Source of the DNA: a bacterium | GTDB lineage: Bacteria > 4484-113 > JAGGVC01 | Direction of reading: 5' to 3' | Assembly: GCA_039961635.1 (NCBI GenBank) | Contig: JABRWB010000012.1 | Coordinates: forward strand, 22,273 to 86,272 | Length of the DNA stretch: 64,000 nt | Shown here: positions 52,801 through 62,156 of the stretch, in pieces | Layout: every line of letters begins with the position of its first letter | Position numbering within the stretch: position 1 is the stretch's first letter | Position numbers and translations under genes: made by a program | The notes under the pieces: generated by a model | Seen by the model: the letters and a program-made list of their open reading frames with translations, nothing else | Database searches by the model: none | Told to the model about the DNA's origin: nothing

Positions 52801-54483
52801 GTGAAAAGGGAGCTTTCGCAACGGTCGTTAATCGGGCCGTTATTTTTTTGTTTGCTTGCTGCGCTCGCGCTGTTAGCTGCGCTTGCCGGATGCGCCGGTT
52901 ATTCTCATCAGAAATACGCACGAGCCGGACACTCGACGCCTCTGTCCGCCGCGCTGGCCGAAATCCGCAACGCCGCGCCTCCCCAAGGCGCAGATCCCGC
53001 GGTTTTCGATTCGCTCAAGCTGCAGCTTGAATCCGAACTAGCCGCGCGCTACGGCGACACCGGACGAATCCCGTCTCGAACCGGAAGCCGGGTTGAAGAT
53101 TTGAGCTACGATACGGGCACGGGATTCATCATTTGGACGTACGTAAACGCGGCGGATTACGACGCGAACGGCGAGACGAGCATCTCGGATGTCACCCCGA
53201 TCGCGCTGAACTGGCAGGCGATTTGCGACGACGGAATAGGCGACGACGCTCACGAATCCTGGATAGACGGCGATCATTCGAACGAAGTGGGGATTTCCGA
53301 CGTGACTCCCATCGCGCTCAATTGGCAGTCCACAGTCGCCGAGTACATAGTCTTTGCTGCCGATGATGAGGCGGGGCCGTTCACCGAAGTCGCCAGAGTG
53401 CCGTTCGGAGATGTTATCGACAGCTGGCCGCCGCACTTCGAGCTGGAATGGCAGCCAGCTTGGGGCGATTATGGCGCGGTTCAGCCCGCGGACGGCGAAG
53501 GCAACACTGGCGAGATGAGCAACGTGGTGGCCATCGGCGGCGCGCTTAAGGATATCGAAATCATGGAGCCGTCCATCACCGCTACGGCGCTTGTGGACAC
53601 CGAAATTCAAAGGACGATCCGCGTAAGAAACAACACGGACGGTCCGATCGACTGGTCGCTCGACCTGACCGGCGCGTTCCTCGCGGCGGATCCCGCATCG
53701 GACACGACAGGCGCGCATTCGATTACCCAGGTGACCGTGACGCTTTCGGCAGTCGGCCTGCTTCCGGGCGTGTACAACGGCGGAATCGCGCTGGATTCGA
53801 TTGCGGGATTCGACAGCTGCCCCGTGTTTTTCACCGTCAACGAATTCGGCGCGGTCGTCAGCATTTTGGAGGATTCGATTTCCGCGACCGCGCCGGAGGA
53901 CGGCTCGGACTCCGAGGTATTCACCCTAAGGAACGACGGAAATATCGACCTTGACTGGGAGGCGTTCGCGGACGATCCGTGGATTACCTTCGATCCCTCA
54001 TCCGGCACTCTGGGCGCCGGGCTTGAAGTTCAGATTACCGCCGATTTCTCGGCCGCGGGAATGCAGGAAGGCGAATACGATTCGACGATCACGGTCGAGG
54101 AATCCGGCAATCCGGCGAACGCGGACTCTTGCGAGGCGCAATTTACGGTGACCACAGGCGGAGTTCCGGTTCTCGACCGCCTGACCGTGGACGGCGCGAC
54201 CGGCGGTTCGGGGACGCAGGCCGACCCGTGGGTGTTCCCAGTGGGCACGACCGCAGTCCAGTTCCACGCGTGGGACACCGACGACAACGAAATCACGGAG
54301 CATCCTTCGATGCTGTTCGATTTCGGAGCGGGCGTTTCGCCCAGCCCGGCCACCGGATGGAGCGTGTCGACAGCCGGAAACTTGATATGGGGCGAATTCG
54401 ATTCGTTAATCGAAGTAACCGGTCAGTACGACGGGTGGCCCGATCCTGCGATGAGTTATTGGATATACAAGGCTCCGTTTTAA
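52801..54483 (+). CDS. Secreted lipoprotein with an N-terminal dockerin-like module (paralogous to the N-terminus of the 4432..8469 protein) and Ig-like domains.
   Basis: Probable GTG start 52801 (SD GGAGAAAGG), giving VKRELSQRSLIGPLFFCLLAALALLAALAGC (lipobox). Dockerin-like ADYDANGETSISDVTPIALNWQ / IDGDHSNEVGISDVTPIALNWQ. N-terminal region PQGADPAVFDSLKLQLESELAARYGDTG parallels PQDADPQTFDILRAKLIEFVTS of the 4432 protein. The track start 52648 is probably an over-extension. Confidence 0.65.
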   Translation: MKRELSQRSLIGPLFFCLLAALALLAALAGCAGYSHQKYARAGHSTPLSAALAEIRNAAPPQGADPAVFDSLKLQLESELAARYGDTGRIPSRTGSRVEDLSYDTGTGFIIWTYVNAADYDANGETSISDVTPIALNWQAICDDGIGDDAHESWIDGDHSNEVGISDVTPIALNWQSTVAEYIVFAADDEAGPFTEVARVPFGDVIDSWPPHFELEWQPAWGDYGAVQPADGEGNTGEMSNVVAIGGALKDIEIMEPSITATALVDTEIQRTIRVRNNTDGPIDWSLDLTGAFLAADPASDTTGAHSITQVTVTLSAVGLLPGVYNGGIALDSIAGFDSCPVFFTVNEFGAVVSILEDSISATAPEDGSDSEVFTLRNDGNIDLDWEAFADDPWITFDPSSGTLGAGLEVQITADFSAAGMQEGEYDSTITVEESGNPANADSCEAQFTVTTGGVPVLDRLTVDGATGGSGTQADPWVFPVGTTAVQFHAWDTDDNEITEHPSMLFDFGAGVSPSPATGWSVSTAGNLIWGEFDSLIEVTGQYDGWPDPAMSYWIYKAPF

Positions 54484-54550
54484 ACGGCCGGCAAATTATC
54501 TCGTCAACCTTGATTTTTTCCGGAGCCGGAACCGGAAGAAATAAACCGGC

Positions 54551-57500
54551 ATGGAGTTTGAAATGGCGAAAAGGAATCTGATTGCTGTTGTCGTGCTCGT
54601 GCTTGCGTTTGCGATGTACGCCTGTGGAGGCGGCAGGAAGCTAAGCTCTCCCGCTCCTATTCCGTCCGGCCCAGTCTCCGACCAACAGGCAGGCGGCTCC
54701 GACAATACGGTTGGCTCGCTCTCGGATGCGCTGAAGGCAATCGTGGATTACGAAAACTCGCAGACCGCGATGCAGGCCGCGCGGGATGCCGCCCGCAAGC
54801 CGAGCGCCGTGCCGAATACGCTTCTTGGCGACGAGGAGTGGATGAAAGGCCCGACGATGAACAACTATGAAGAGGATTTCGATTCGCACACCCTTACGGC
54901 GATAAGCGATTCCTCCGATATCGAAGACGTCGGATTTTTGGGCTTCGCCGTGTACAGGTTCGACGGGCATGCCGCCGATACCGATCTTTCCCTCGCCGCA
55001 GAAATAGAGCCTGCGCCGGGAAGCTCCTTTTACATTTACGTGGTGAGCTGGGATGGACCGCCAAGATGGATAAGCTTCGGTCCGTTTTTTGAAAATCCAG
55101 GTCCGCCGGATTGGCCGATCGAATTCGCGTTCGACGCGGTTTCGCCAACCGGCAGCATTTACGTCGGGATTGCGGTTTACGCCGAAAGCGAAGCGACAAC
55201 CTGGTCGTTTACTGTGGATTCCACCGGAGGTGCATCAAGTCCTCCATTCGCGGATATTCAGGCCAATCCAAAGTCGGGAGATCCGCCGCTAAATGTTTCG
55301 TTTGATGCCGGAAACAGCTACGACCCTGACGGAGGGGCGATAACGTTATTCGAGTGGGATTTCGAAGGCGACGGCGTTTACGACGAATCTGGCGCATCAT
55401 GGACGGCTTCCCACATTTACAACGCGCCGGGCGTTTATGCCGCAACTGTTCGAGTAACGGACGACGAAGGGGAAAAGGACACAGCGCACACGATTGTGCG
55501 CGCGGGAGCGAATCCGTATTACGAAACGGAGGACAACGACGACCTTCCGCAGGCGAACGCGCTGCCTGCGTTCGACTTCTCGGGCAACACGGTGTCCGGC
55601 TCCATCGGCAACGACGATCCCGAAGGCAATTACCCGGGCTACGACGGGGACAGTTCGGATGCGTTTTCTTTTGCCATAACCGAGGCCAGCACGGTTTCGC
55701 TGACAATTCTGTATGACTGGGAAACCTGCGGGCTTGGATTCGACGTGTACGACGAAATGTGGAATTATTACGGCGGCGGCAATGGCGACAACGGTATCGC
55801 ATTCGCCGAAGTGGGATTGACAAATCCAGGCACTTACTACGTTTGGTTATACAGTTGGTGGGGATACAGCGATTACATAATCACCGGCTCGCGCGTGTCG
55901 GGGGTCAAACCGGTTGCAGATATCGTGGCTGAACCTTCGTCCGGCGAGGCACCGCTTGACGTTCAATTGGACGCCGGTGCAAGTTATGATCCCGACGGCG
56001 GCTCCATCGTCAAGTACGAATGGGATTTCGAAGGCGACGGAATTTATGACGAAGATACCGGCGGTACGCCCATAACCAACCACATTTATGCGGACGATGG
56101 ATTTTATCTTGCGACCGTCCGGGTAACTGACGACGAAGGCGCAGCCGCAACCGACTCCGCTCTTGTATATGTTGGAACTCCGTTTTACGAAGTTGAAGAC
56201 AACGAGGAGTTTTACCAGGCAACACCGCTTCCGGCATTTCCTTTCCCGGCTCCGCTTGTGAACGGCAGCGTAGGTTCAAGTTTGGATTATCCGGGTTACG
56301 ACGGCGATTACTACGATGTATTTTCGTTTGCAACAACAGAGGCAGGCGCTGTTGAATTCCTGCTTACATACGGCACCGACTATGGTACGGCATATTTCGA
56401 CATTTACGACGGGGATTGGAATTATTACGGCGGCTCTTGGGACGGCGACGGAGACGGTTACCTGGTGGTGTATTTAGACAATCCCAATACCTACTATATT
56501 TCGGTTGGGATGAACACGGGCGAATGGACCGAATACGAATTGGAAGGGGCGTTTTATCCGGGCCAGCTTCCAGTCGCCGACATAGTCGCAGCGCCCGCAT
56601 ACGGCGATCCGCCGCTCGACGTGGATTTTGACGCGGCCGCAAGCTACGATCCCGACGGAGGAGCCATCGTCAAATACGAATGGGATTTCGACGGCGACGG
56701 GGTTTGGGACGAGGACACGGGGGGCAGTCCGGTTGCTTCGCACCAATACACGTCCGAAGGTGTGTATGTCGCGGCGGTCCGCGTGACCGACGACGAGGGC
56801 GCGCCGGATATAGACACCAAGGTGATAGTTGTCGGCAATCCGCAGTATTTCGAAATCGAGGATAACGATTGGATGGATGAAGCCAATCCGTTGCCCGATT
56901 TGCCGTTCCCGTCGCCCTTGGTCAACGGCAGCATAGGCTGGGGCAGCGGCTATGATGGTTACGACGGCGATACAGAAGACTTCTTTAGTTTCGAAACCGA
57001 TGAATCCGGAAGCATTAATCTCTTTATCGAATTCGAGCAAATGACCGCACCGAACACCGAAGCCTACGTAATCAACTCAAATGAAGACTGGATCGCAGGA
57101 GATTACGACAGGGACGGCGACGGAGACATAGAGCTTCAGGCGTTCCTGCCGGATCCGGGCAAATACTATATAGCGGTTTTCAACAGTGGTTTTGAGGAAT
57201 TCTCTGATTACGAAATAACGGCGGAATTAATCCCAGGCGATCCGCCCGTAGCGGATTTCACAGCCGATCCGATCTGGGGCTCGCCTCCGCTGGCGGTGGA
57301 TTTTGACGCTTCCGCAAGCTACGACCCGGACGGAGGCCCGATTGTCAATTACATGTGGGATTACGACGGGGACGGCATTTACGATGAAGAATCGCCCGGC
57401 GATCCGACGATATCCCATTCGTACGATGACGCGGGGATTTATAACGCGACGCTCAAAGTGATTGACGAGGAGGGCGCGTATACCTCGGCCAGCATTAGAA

Positions 57501-57883
57501 TAATCGTCGGGCCGTTTTACGAAACCGAGGACAACGACGACTCGACGGAAGCGGACGCGCTTCCGGCATTCCCGTTCTATTCGGATACGGTGACCGGCAA
57601 TTTGGGAGCCGGCGGATACAACGGAGACAACGAGGATTGGTTTGAATTCGAGATTACAGATCCCGGCGAAATTTACTTTTACATCGAATACAACTTCAAT
57701 CTCGCCAACCTGCAGGTGGAGATTTTCGACTCATCGCTAAACCAAATCTACTCTTCCTATATGGACGGCGATTACGAGGAGATAGATTACTGGCTGGATT
57801 CACCCGGCACTTATTACCTGCGCTGTTTCGTCAACTCCGGTCAGACGAACTACGTGATGTCCGGCGAATTCTGGAGCTGGTAG
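54551..57883 (+). CDS. Giant lipoprotein with four tandem PKD plus pre-peptidase C-terminal (PPC) domain pairs.
   Basis: Lipobox VVLVLAFAMYACGGG. Four PKD units (PPLNVSFDAGNSYDPDGGAITLFEWDFEGDGVYDE...; APLDVQLDAGASYDPDGGSIVKYEWDFEGDGIYDE; PPLDVDFDAAASYDPDGGAIVKYEWDFDGDGVWDE; PPLAVDFDASASYDPDGGPIVNYMWDYDGDGIYDE), each followed by a PPC-like unit (YYETEDNDD...A..LPAF.F...V.G..G...Y.GYDGD..D.FSF). Repeat period is about 660-670 bp. Confidence 0.75.
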   Translation: MEFEMAKRNLIAVVVLVLAFAMYACGGGRKLSSPAPIPSGPVSDQQAGGSDNTVGSLSDALKAIVDYENSQTAMQAARDAARKPSAVPNTLLGDEEWMKGPTMNNYEEDFDSHTLTAISDSSDIEDVGFLGFAVYRFDGHAADTDLSLAAEIEPAPGSSFYIYVVSWDGPPRWISFGPFFENPGPPDWPIEFAFDAVSPTGSIYVGIAVYAESEATTWSFTVDSTGGASSPPFADIQANPKSGDPPLNVSFDAGNSYDPDGGAITLFEWDFEGDGVYDESGASWTASHIYNAPGVYAATVRVTDDEGEKDTAHTIVRAGANPYYETEDNDDLPQANALPAFDFSGNTVSGSIGNDDPEGNYPGYDGDSSDAFSFAITEASTVSLTILYDWETCGLGFDVYDEMWNYYGGGNGDNGIAFAEVGLTNPGTYYVWLYSWWGYSDYIITGSRVSGVKPVADIVAEPSSGEAPLDVQLDAGASYDPDGGSIVKYEWDFEGDGIYDEDTGGTPITNHIYADDGFYLATVRVTDDEGAAATDSALVYVGTPFYEVEDNEEFYQATPLPAFPFPAPLVNGSVGSSLDYPGYDGDYYDVFSFATTEAGAVEFLLTYGTDYGTAYFDIYDGDWNYYGGSWDGDGDGYLVVYLDNPNTYYISVGMNTGEWTEYELEGAFYPGQLPVADIVAAPAYGDPPLDVDFDAAASYDPDGGAIVKYEWDFDGDGVWDEDTGGSPVASHQYTSEGVYVAAVRVTDDEGAPDIDTKVIVVGNPQYFEIEDNDWMDEANPLPDLPFPSPLVNGSIGWGSGYDGYDGDTEDFFSFETDESGSINLFIEFEQMTAPNTEAYVINSNEDWIAGDYDRDGDGDIELQAFLPDPGKYYIAVFNSGFEEFSDYEITAELIPGDPPVADFTADPIWGSPPLAVDFDASASYDPDGGPIVNYMWDYDGDGIYDEESPGDPTISHSYDDAGIYNATLKVIDEEGAYTSASIRIIVGPFYETEDNDDSTEADALPAFPFYSDTVTGNLGAGGYNGDNEDWFEFEITDPGEIYFYIEYNFNLANLQVEIFDSSLNQIYSSYMDGDYEEIDYWLDSPGTYYLRCFVNSGQTNYVMSGEFWSW

Positions 57884-57941
57884 CCTCCGCTCCCGCTCGA
57901 TTAGGTTTCAGTAAGGGAGCTTGCGTTTTCGGAATAACCGG

Positions 57942-58358
57942 CTATTCCTTCTGTCCGAACGCGGTGTTGCCGATTATGTAAAGCTTTCCGCGGTCGCCGA
58001 AGACGTGAAGGTTGTAATTCACCTGCTGCTCGTCGCGGAAGATGCGCTCGTAGTAGACCATCCCGACCGATGCAGCGGGATCGAAGTTGCGGCTGCCGGT
58101 GTCCGCAATCGGCTTTTTCGTGTACGGATTCTCCGGCCATTTTTCGTTCGGAAGAAGATATTGTTTTACCTGCTCCAGCGACTCCGGATACTCGGCGACG
58201 TCGCGGAAGTATTCGTCGATAAGCCGGGAAATGCGCTTCGCTCCCTTCATCATCTCGTAGTCCTTGCCCACGAACTCACCCGGCCGTTTGGGGCAGGAAA
58301 GGAGCGGCAGCAATAAGCAGATAATCAAAACTGCAAAAGCCAAATTCGACAGCTTCAT
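57942..58358 (-). CDS. Hypothetical small lipoprotein.
   Basis: MKLSNLAFAVLIICLLLPLLSC lipobox. Lower GC than the flanks. No domain recognised. Confidence 0.5.
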   Translation of the reverse strand: MKLSNLAFAVLIICLLLPLLSCPKRPGEFVGKDYEMMKGAKRISRLIDEYFRDVAEYPESLEQVKQYLLPNEKWPENPYTKKPIADTGSRNFDPAASVGMVYYERIFRDEQQVNYNLHVFGDRGKLYIIGNTAFGQKE

Positions 58359-58434
58359 CTTGTCACCCCCATCTTTGATGAAGTGCGGGACGGAATAGTT
58401 CCGTCATAATCCTGTTTTATCGCGCGCTGTAAGA

Positions 58435-59595
58435 TTATCCCAGCGCGCACTCGTTTTTGCCGCCTTCCAGGATGTCCGCTTCCATTTCGGACACCTTGAA
58501 CAGGCCGGCGTTTATTCCCTTAATCTGCCTGTAAGCTTCAGGGGGATTGGAGATGCGGCTTTCGACCCATTCGAAAAACGCATCGGGATCTGAAACCGAC
58601 AGGTGTGCGTTGCCAGATTTTATTTCGCCGAATGTGCGCCAGATTGTCCTGTCCTCGTTTCGCTCCGATTCCGAACCGTAGTGTGCGGGCAGAACGCGCA
58701 GCCCTTCCGGCCACTCCCGCTTCGCGCGATCGATGCTCGCGAGCAAATCCTCGCTCCAGTCCCGCGTCTTTCCCGCCAGGTCCGGGCGCCCGATGGATGC
58801 GATAAACATAAAATCGCCCGTGAACGCGCCATCGCCTGCAACGAAACAAGTGCTCCCTTCGGTGTGCCCCGGAGTATGAATCGCGCGCACGATCCCGTTT
58901 CCGACCTTGATTTCGAATCCGTCCGAGAGCGGAGCAATATCCAGTTTGCCCGGCGTGCCGTCGTACGGGTACGCGTTGTCCGCCGGATGCAGGTAGTACG
59001 GAATCCCCAGCTTCGCCGCGAGCGCGGGCGCGCCGCTGATGTAATCCGCATGAACGTGCGTGTCCGCGACCGCAATTATCCGTGCGCCCGATTCCCCCGC
59101 GGCTTTTTCGATTTCGCCAAACTCGCGCGGAATGTCTATCGCAAGCGCCTCTCCGCCGGATATCAGCAGGTATGCAAGCGAGCCTTTCGCGATCCGGTCG
59201 AACTGGAGCAGCCGGTCGAATCCATCCGGCGGAGCTATTTCGCGGGCGACAAGCACGTGGTTCCACGCCGCCATCCCGCCCGAAAGCGACACCGCATCGA
59301 ATCCGCATTCGCACAGGTGCATCGCGACGCGCATGCTGTCGTGACCGCGCCCGCACACCGTCACGACGGGGAGCGAGCGGTCCAGCCCCGCTGCGGACGG
59401 ATCGTCCATTTCGACCACCTGCGAGCCGCGCACGTTTACGAACCGCGCGGGGGGCGCGACGTCCACCTTGCCAGCGGCCAGCCGCTCCGGCGCGCGCACG
59501 TCAAGCACCTGCAGCGCGGCGCCTCCCTCGATGCGCGCCGCCAATTCCGCCGGCGCGATTTCCATTCCGTTACCCAATTGCGGCTGGTGCGGCAT
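58435..59595 (-). CDS. Rhodanese-domain / metallo-beta-lactamase-fold fusion protein (persulfide dioxygenase-like).
   Basis: N-terminal rhodanese (…VTVCGRGHDSMRVAMHLCECGFDAVSLSGGMAAWN). MBL fold motifs ADTHVHADYISG...HTPGHTEGS...D. Start chosen at internal ATG 59595 (MPHQPQ...); ATG 59670 and ATG 59565 are alternatives. Confidence 0.7.
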   Translation of the reverse strand: MPHQPQLGNGMEIAPAELAARIEGGAALQVLDVRAPERLAAGKVDVAPPARFVNVRGSQVVEMDDPSAAGLDRSLPVVTVCGRGHDSMRVAMHLCECGFDAVSLSGGMAAWNHVLVAREIAPPDGFDRLLQFDRIAKGSLAYLLISGGEALAIDIPREFGEIEKAAGESGARIIAVADTHVHADYISGAPALAAKLGIPYYLHPADNAYPYDGTPGKLDIAPLSDGFEIKVGNGIVRAIHTPGHTEGSTCFVAGDGAFTGDFMFIASIGRPDLAGKTRDWSEDLLASIDRAKREWPEGLRVLPAHYGSESERNEDRTIWRTFGEIKSGNAHLSVSDPDAFFEWVESRISNPPEAYRQIKGINAGLFKVSEMEADILEGGKNECALG

Positions 59596-59625
59596 ACCCT
59601 TCCCCTGAAACGGAGGTGAAAATGA

Positions 59626-59814
59626 AGATACGAATTGTACCGCGGCGAAGAGGCGAAAATCGAAAGGCAAAAGCCATGGCGGCGCGATCCGGACGGCAAC
59701 GGCGTGGAGCTGTACTGGGACAAGCCAAAGGAGGAATGGCCGCGCGACGCGGAGGGGAATATCGAGATGTACACGCGGCCGGCGGATTTGGGGCGGGAGT
59801 TGGGGAGAAGTTGA
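59626..59814 (+). pseudogene. Remnant (C-terminal about 45 aa) of a VOC/glyoxalase-family gene.
   Basis: A reading frame with no M start but a strongly protein-like translation ...KPWRRDPDGNGVELYWDKPKEEWPRDAEGNIEMYTRPADLGRELGRS* matching the conserved C-terminus of VOC-family proteins (FRDPDGNxIELYWDRP...W...M.T.PLDL). Preceded by an in-frame stop at 59623. Confidence 0.4.
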
Positions 59815-59823
59815 AGTGCCAGT

Positions 59824-60216
59824 TTAGGTTTGGTCTTTGATAACTGTCGAAGCCCAGGCAAAAACGGCTTCCGCCAATTCAATCGCCTCAGCCAAATCCT
59901 GCTCGGTCGCATCTCTGTCCGGGCCCGGATACCTTAATGTCGTGGCGTAGTCGGTTAGGGAAAACGCGGCTGCAAGTTCCGCCGGGAATTCGGTGAATTC
60001 GGCTACTTTCCCTGCCAACGCTTCAATATCGTGTACCCAGGGAGGTTCCACGCCGAAGGATAAAATTACGGCTTTCAGCGATTTCTCCACGCACTGGTGA
60101 GCGCCGTTGCACAGCTCCTCGATGCAAACGCCCTCGGGGCGTTCCACCTTGGCTAGATTCAGATTGCTGCGAGCGATAACAAGCCAATCCGCTGGCGAGC
60201 CGGATTCAGGATTCAT
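59824..60216 (-). CDS. hepT: HEPN-domain toxin (HepT-like) of a type VII toxin-antitoxin pair.
   Basis: 130-aa HEPN-like protein. Overlaps the upstream MNT gene by 11 nt. Confidence 0.75.
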   Translation of the reverse strand: MNPESGSPADWLVIARSNLNLAKVERPEGVCIEELCNGAHQCVEKSLKAVILSFGVEPPWVHDIEALAGKVAEFTEFPAELAAAFSLTDYATTLRYPGPDRDATEQDLAEAIELAEAVFAWASTVIKDQT

Positions 60217-60589
60217 ATACGGTTTTGCCCTCGCGAAGAATCGTGCGGTAAATCAAGCCGATATTATCCGCATACTTTGCAAGCTCGCTGACCGTCGTAA
60301 CCAGGATGTCCTTAGCGGCGCCGCCGCCTTCCACGACTCTATAAAGGTGCCTTGCCGTTTTTCGCCGCGGCGTCCCGTCCGGCATGACGACTAGCAGGTC
60401 GAAGTCGCTGTCCGGCCCCATCTCTCCCCGCGCCGCCGAGCCGAAGAGGATTATCCTGACGGGATGCACCGCCTCGACGATCTGGCTTACCAGGCTGTCG
60501 AGCTGCGCGGAAAAGTCTGCTTTGGTCGCGGTTGACACCGTGAAAATTATACCGCACGGCGCGAGTACGCGCCGCCGGTTGCGCTTCAC
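60206..60589 (-). CDS. mntA: Minimal nucleotidyltransferase antitoxin (MntA-like).
   Basis: Pol-beta-type NTase motif ILFGSAARGEMGPDSDFDLLVV. 127 aa. Upstream of and overlapping the HEPN gene. Confidence 0.8.
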   Translation of the reverse strand: MKRNRRRVLAPCGIIFTVSTATKADFSAQLDSLVSQIVEAVHPVRIILFGSAARGEMGPDSDFDLLVVMPDGTPRRKTARHLYRVVEGGGAAKDILVTTVSELAKYADNIGLIYRTILREGKTVYES

Positions 60590-60656
60590 CGCCGCGTGGC
60601 AAATGCGTAAACCGCCAATTCACAATCACGGATGAACATTCACAATCGTCGCCTGC

Positions 60657-61361
60657 ATGATCGCGATTACCTTGCTTGCGTCCCCCGAAAAAGCGCGGAC
60701 TTGGCCCGTGCAGACGGTCAGGGTTTTTCCGGCGTTCTCCACTTTGCCCGTCGCCAGGAACCGCTCGCCGGCAGCCGGGCGCATGAAGTTGATCTTGAAC
60801 TCCGCCGAAACGACCTCGCAGCCGGGAGAGCTTCTGGCCCAGGACGCGTTTTACGTGGGATACCTGAAAGGGGTGGGCAAGGTTTATCTTCAGGCGGTTG
60901 TGGATACTTACGGGAGCTACGCCTTCGGCTTTCTGCACACCGGCAAGCTTCCCGTCTGCAGCGTTGCGGTGCTCCACAACGACGTGCTTCCGCAGTACAG
61001 GAAGTGGCGCGTCCCGGTGAAGGCTGTTCTCACCGACAACGGCCGGGAGTTCTGCGGAACGGACAACCATCCGTTCGAGCTCTACCTGGCCCTGAACGAC
61101 ATCGAGCACAAGAGAACCAAAGTGAGGCGGCCGCAGAGCAACGGCTTCGTGGAGAGATTCAACCGCACGGTGCTGGACGAATTCTTCCGCCTGAAATTCC
61201 GGGAGCGCTTCTACGAATCGGTGGATTCACTGCAAAGGGACCTGAACGAATGGCTGATCTTTTACAACAACGAGCGTCCACACCATGGCTACCGCAACAT
61301 GGGAAAACGCCCGATCGACACCATTAACGAATTCCAAAAGAGCGTTAGACAAGATGGTTAG
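60657..61361 (+). mobile_element. 5'-truncated IS481-family (DDE, rve) transposase remnant.
   Basis: rve core PGELLAQDAFYVG...LQAVVDTYGSYAF...LTDNGREFCG...RRPQSNGFVERFNRTVLDEFF...YNNERPHHGYRNMGKRP is complete. The N-terminal HTH region (about 100-150 aa) is absent and the upstream sequence is occupied by the MNT gene. Ends 14 nt from the tmRNA 3' end. Confidence 0.7.
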
Positions 61362-61375
61362 TGGTACAAACACAA

Positions 61376-61720
61376 TGGAGGTGGGGGGAATCGAACCCCC
61401 GTCCGAACGGGCACCCGGGACGGCGTCTACGGCGGTAGTCTGCGGATTAATCTTAACGCCCTTCGGAAGCCGCAAACGACACCTCCGGGCGGGCAGCCCT
61501 TAATCTTTCGCGGATGCCGGGCGTTCTCCGCGGCATCCCCTGGATCTGGCCGCGCATCCGAGCCCCAGGGGCCCGGCGCGGTGCGCGGTCGTCGCTATGT
61601 TAAGCGGCGAGAGCGAAATCGCGGTTGGCGATTATGTTTTGCTGGGGTTGTTGACCCGGCGTCCAGCCGCCGGGCGTCGCAGCCGATCGTGCATCCCATC
61701 CGTCGAATCCATACACCCCC
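61376..61720 (-). ncRNA. ssrA: Transfer-messenger RNA (tmRNA, ssrA).
   Basis: Minus-strand 5' end GGGGGTGTATGGATTCGACGG... (complement of 61720 downward). Tag ORF ...GCCAACCGCGATTTCGCTCTCGCCGCTTAA = ANRDFALAA* (around 61601-61630). 3' tRNA-like end GGACGGGGGTTCGATTCCCCCCACCTCCA with encoded CCA (complement of 61376-61378). Confidence 0.85.
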
Positions 61721-62156
61721 ATGTAAATGTGCAGGCGCGGGACAGGGCGGAAAAGCGCGCCCTCCACGCGGACACATTATACCCCGGTTTCGTCAAGTTT
61801 GAATGGGAGCCGGCAAAAAGGAGAATGGCCGGGACGAGCCGGCCCGTAATCCAAGCAGGAAATATACCCCCTATCTCCAGATCGGGGTAAGGTAGGTCTC
61901 TACGCCGCTCAAGAGAGCGGCGGTATATGTTTCAAAGGTTGATTCGGTGAACGTTGCTCTGAAGACCGGCGGCGTATATGGCAAAAGTTGATGAATTGAA
62001 CGCCGGCATCGAGATCGACCGTATATTATGTTATCAATTCCCGCTCGTTACATCTCTCACAAGCCCGCAATTCAGGTATATCAGTACCAGAATACCGATA
62101 TAAACATGCGGGTGCCAGGGAACGGCGCCCGTTGTTTGATTCCAAGGAGGAACATC

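Noticed and set aside
58538-59619. 272-aa minus off-frame and 338-aa plus antisense ORFs over the rhodanese-MBL gene
   Set aside because: Shadows of the MBL-fold gene.
60339-61109. 256-aa minus-strand ORF overlapping the IS481-like transposase remnant
   Set aside because: Antisense of the rve-domain reading frame, which carries clear DDE motifs.
61370-61460. Possible canonical tRNA at the ssrA locus
   Set aside because: The T-arm and acceptor 3' half are present, but the sequence continues into a tag-peptide ORF and pseudoknot region and has the GGGGG...GGATTCGACGG 5' end of tmRNA; it was assigned as ssrA rather than a tRNA.
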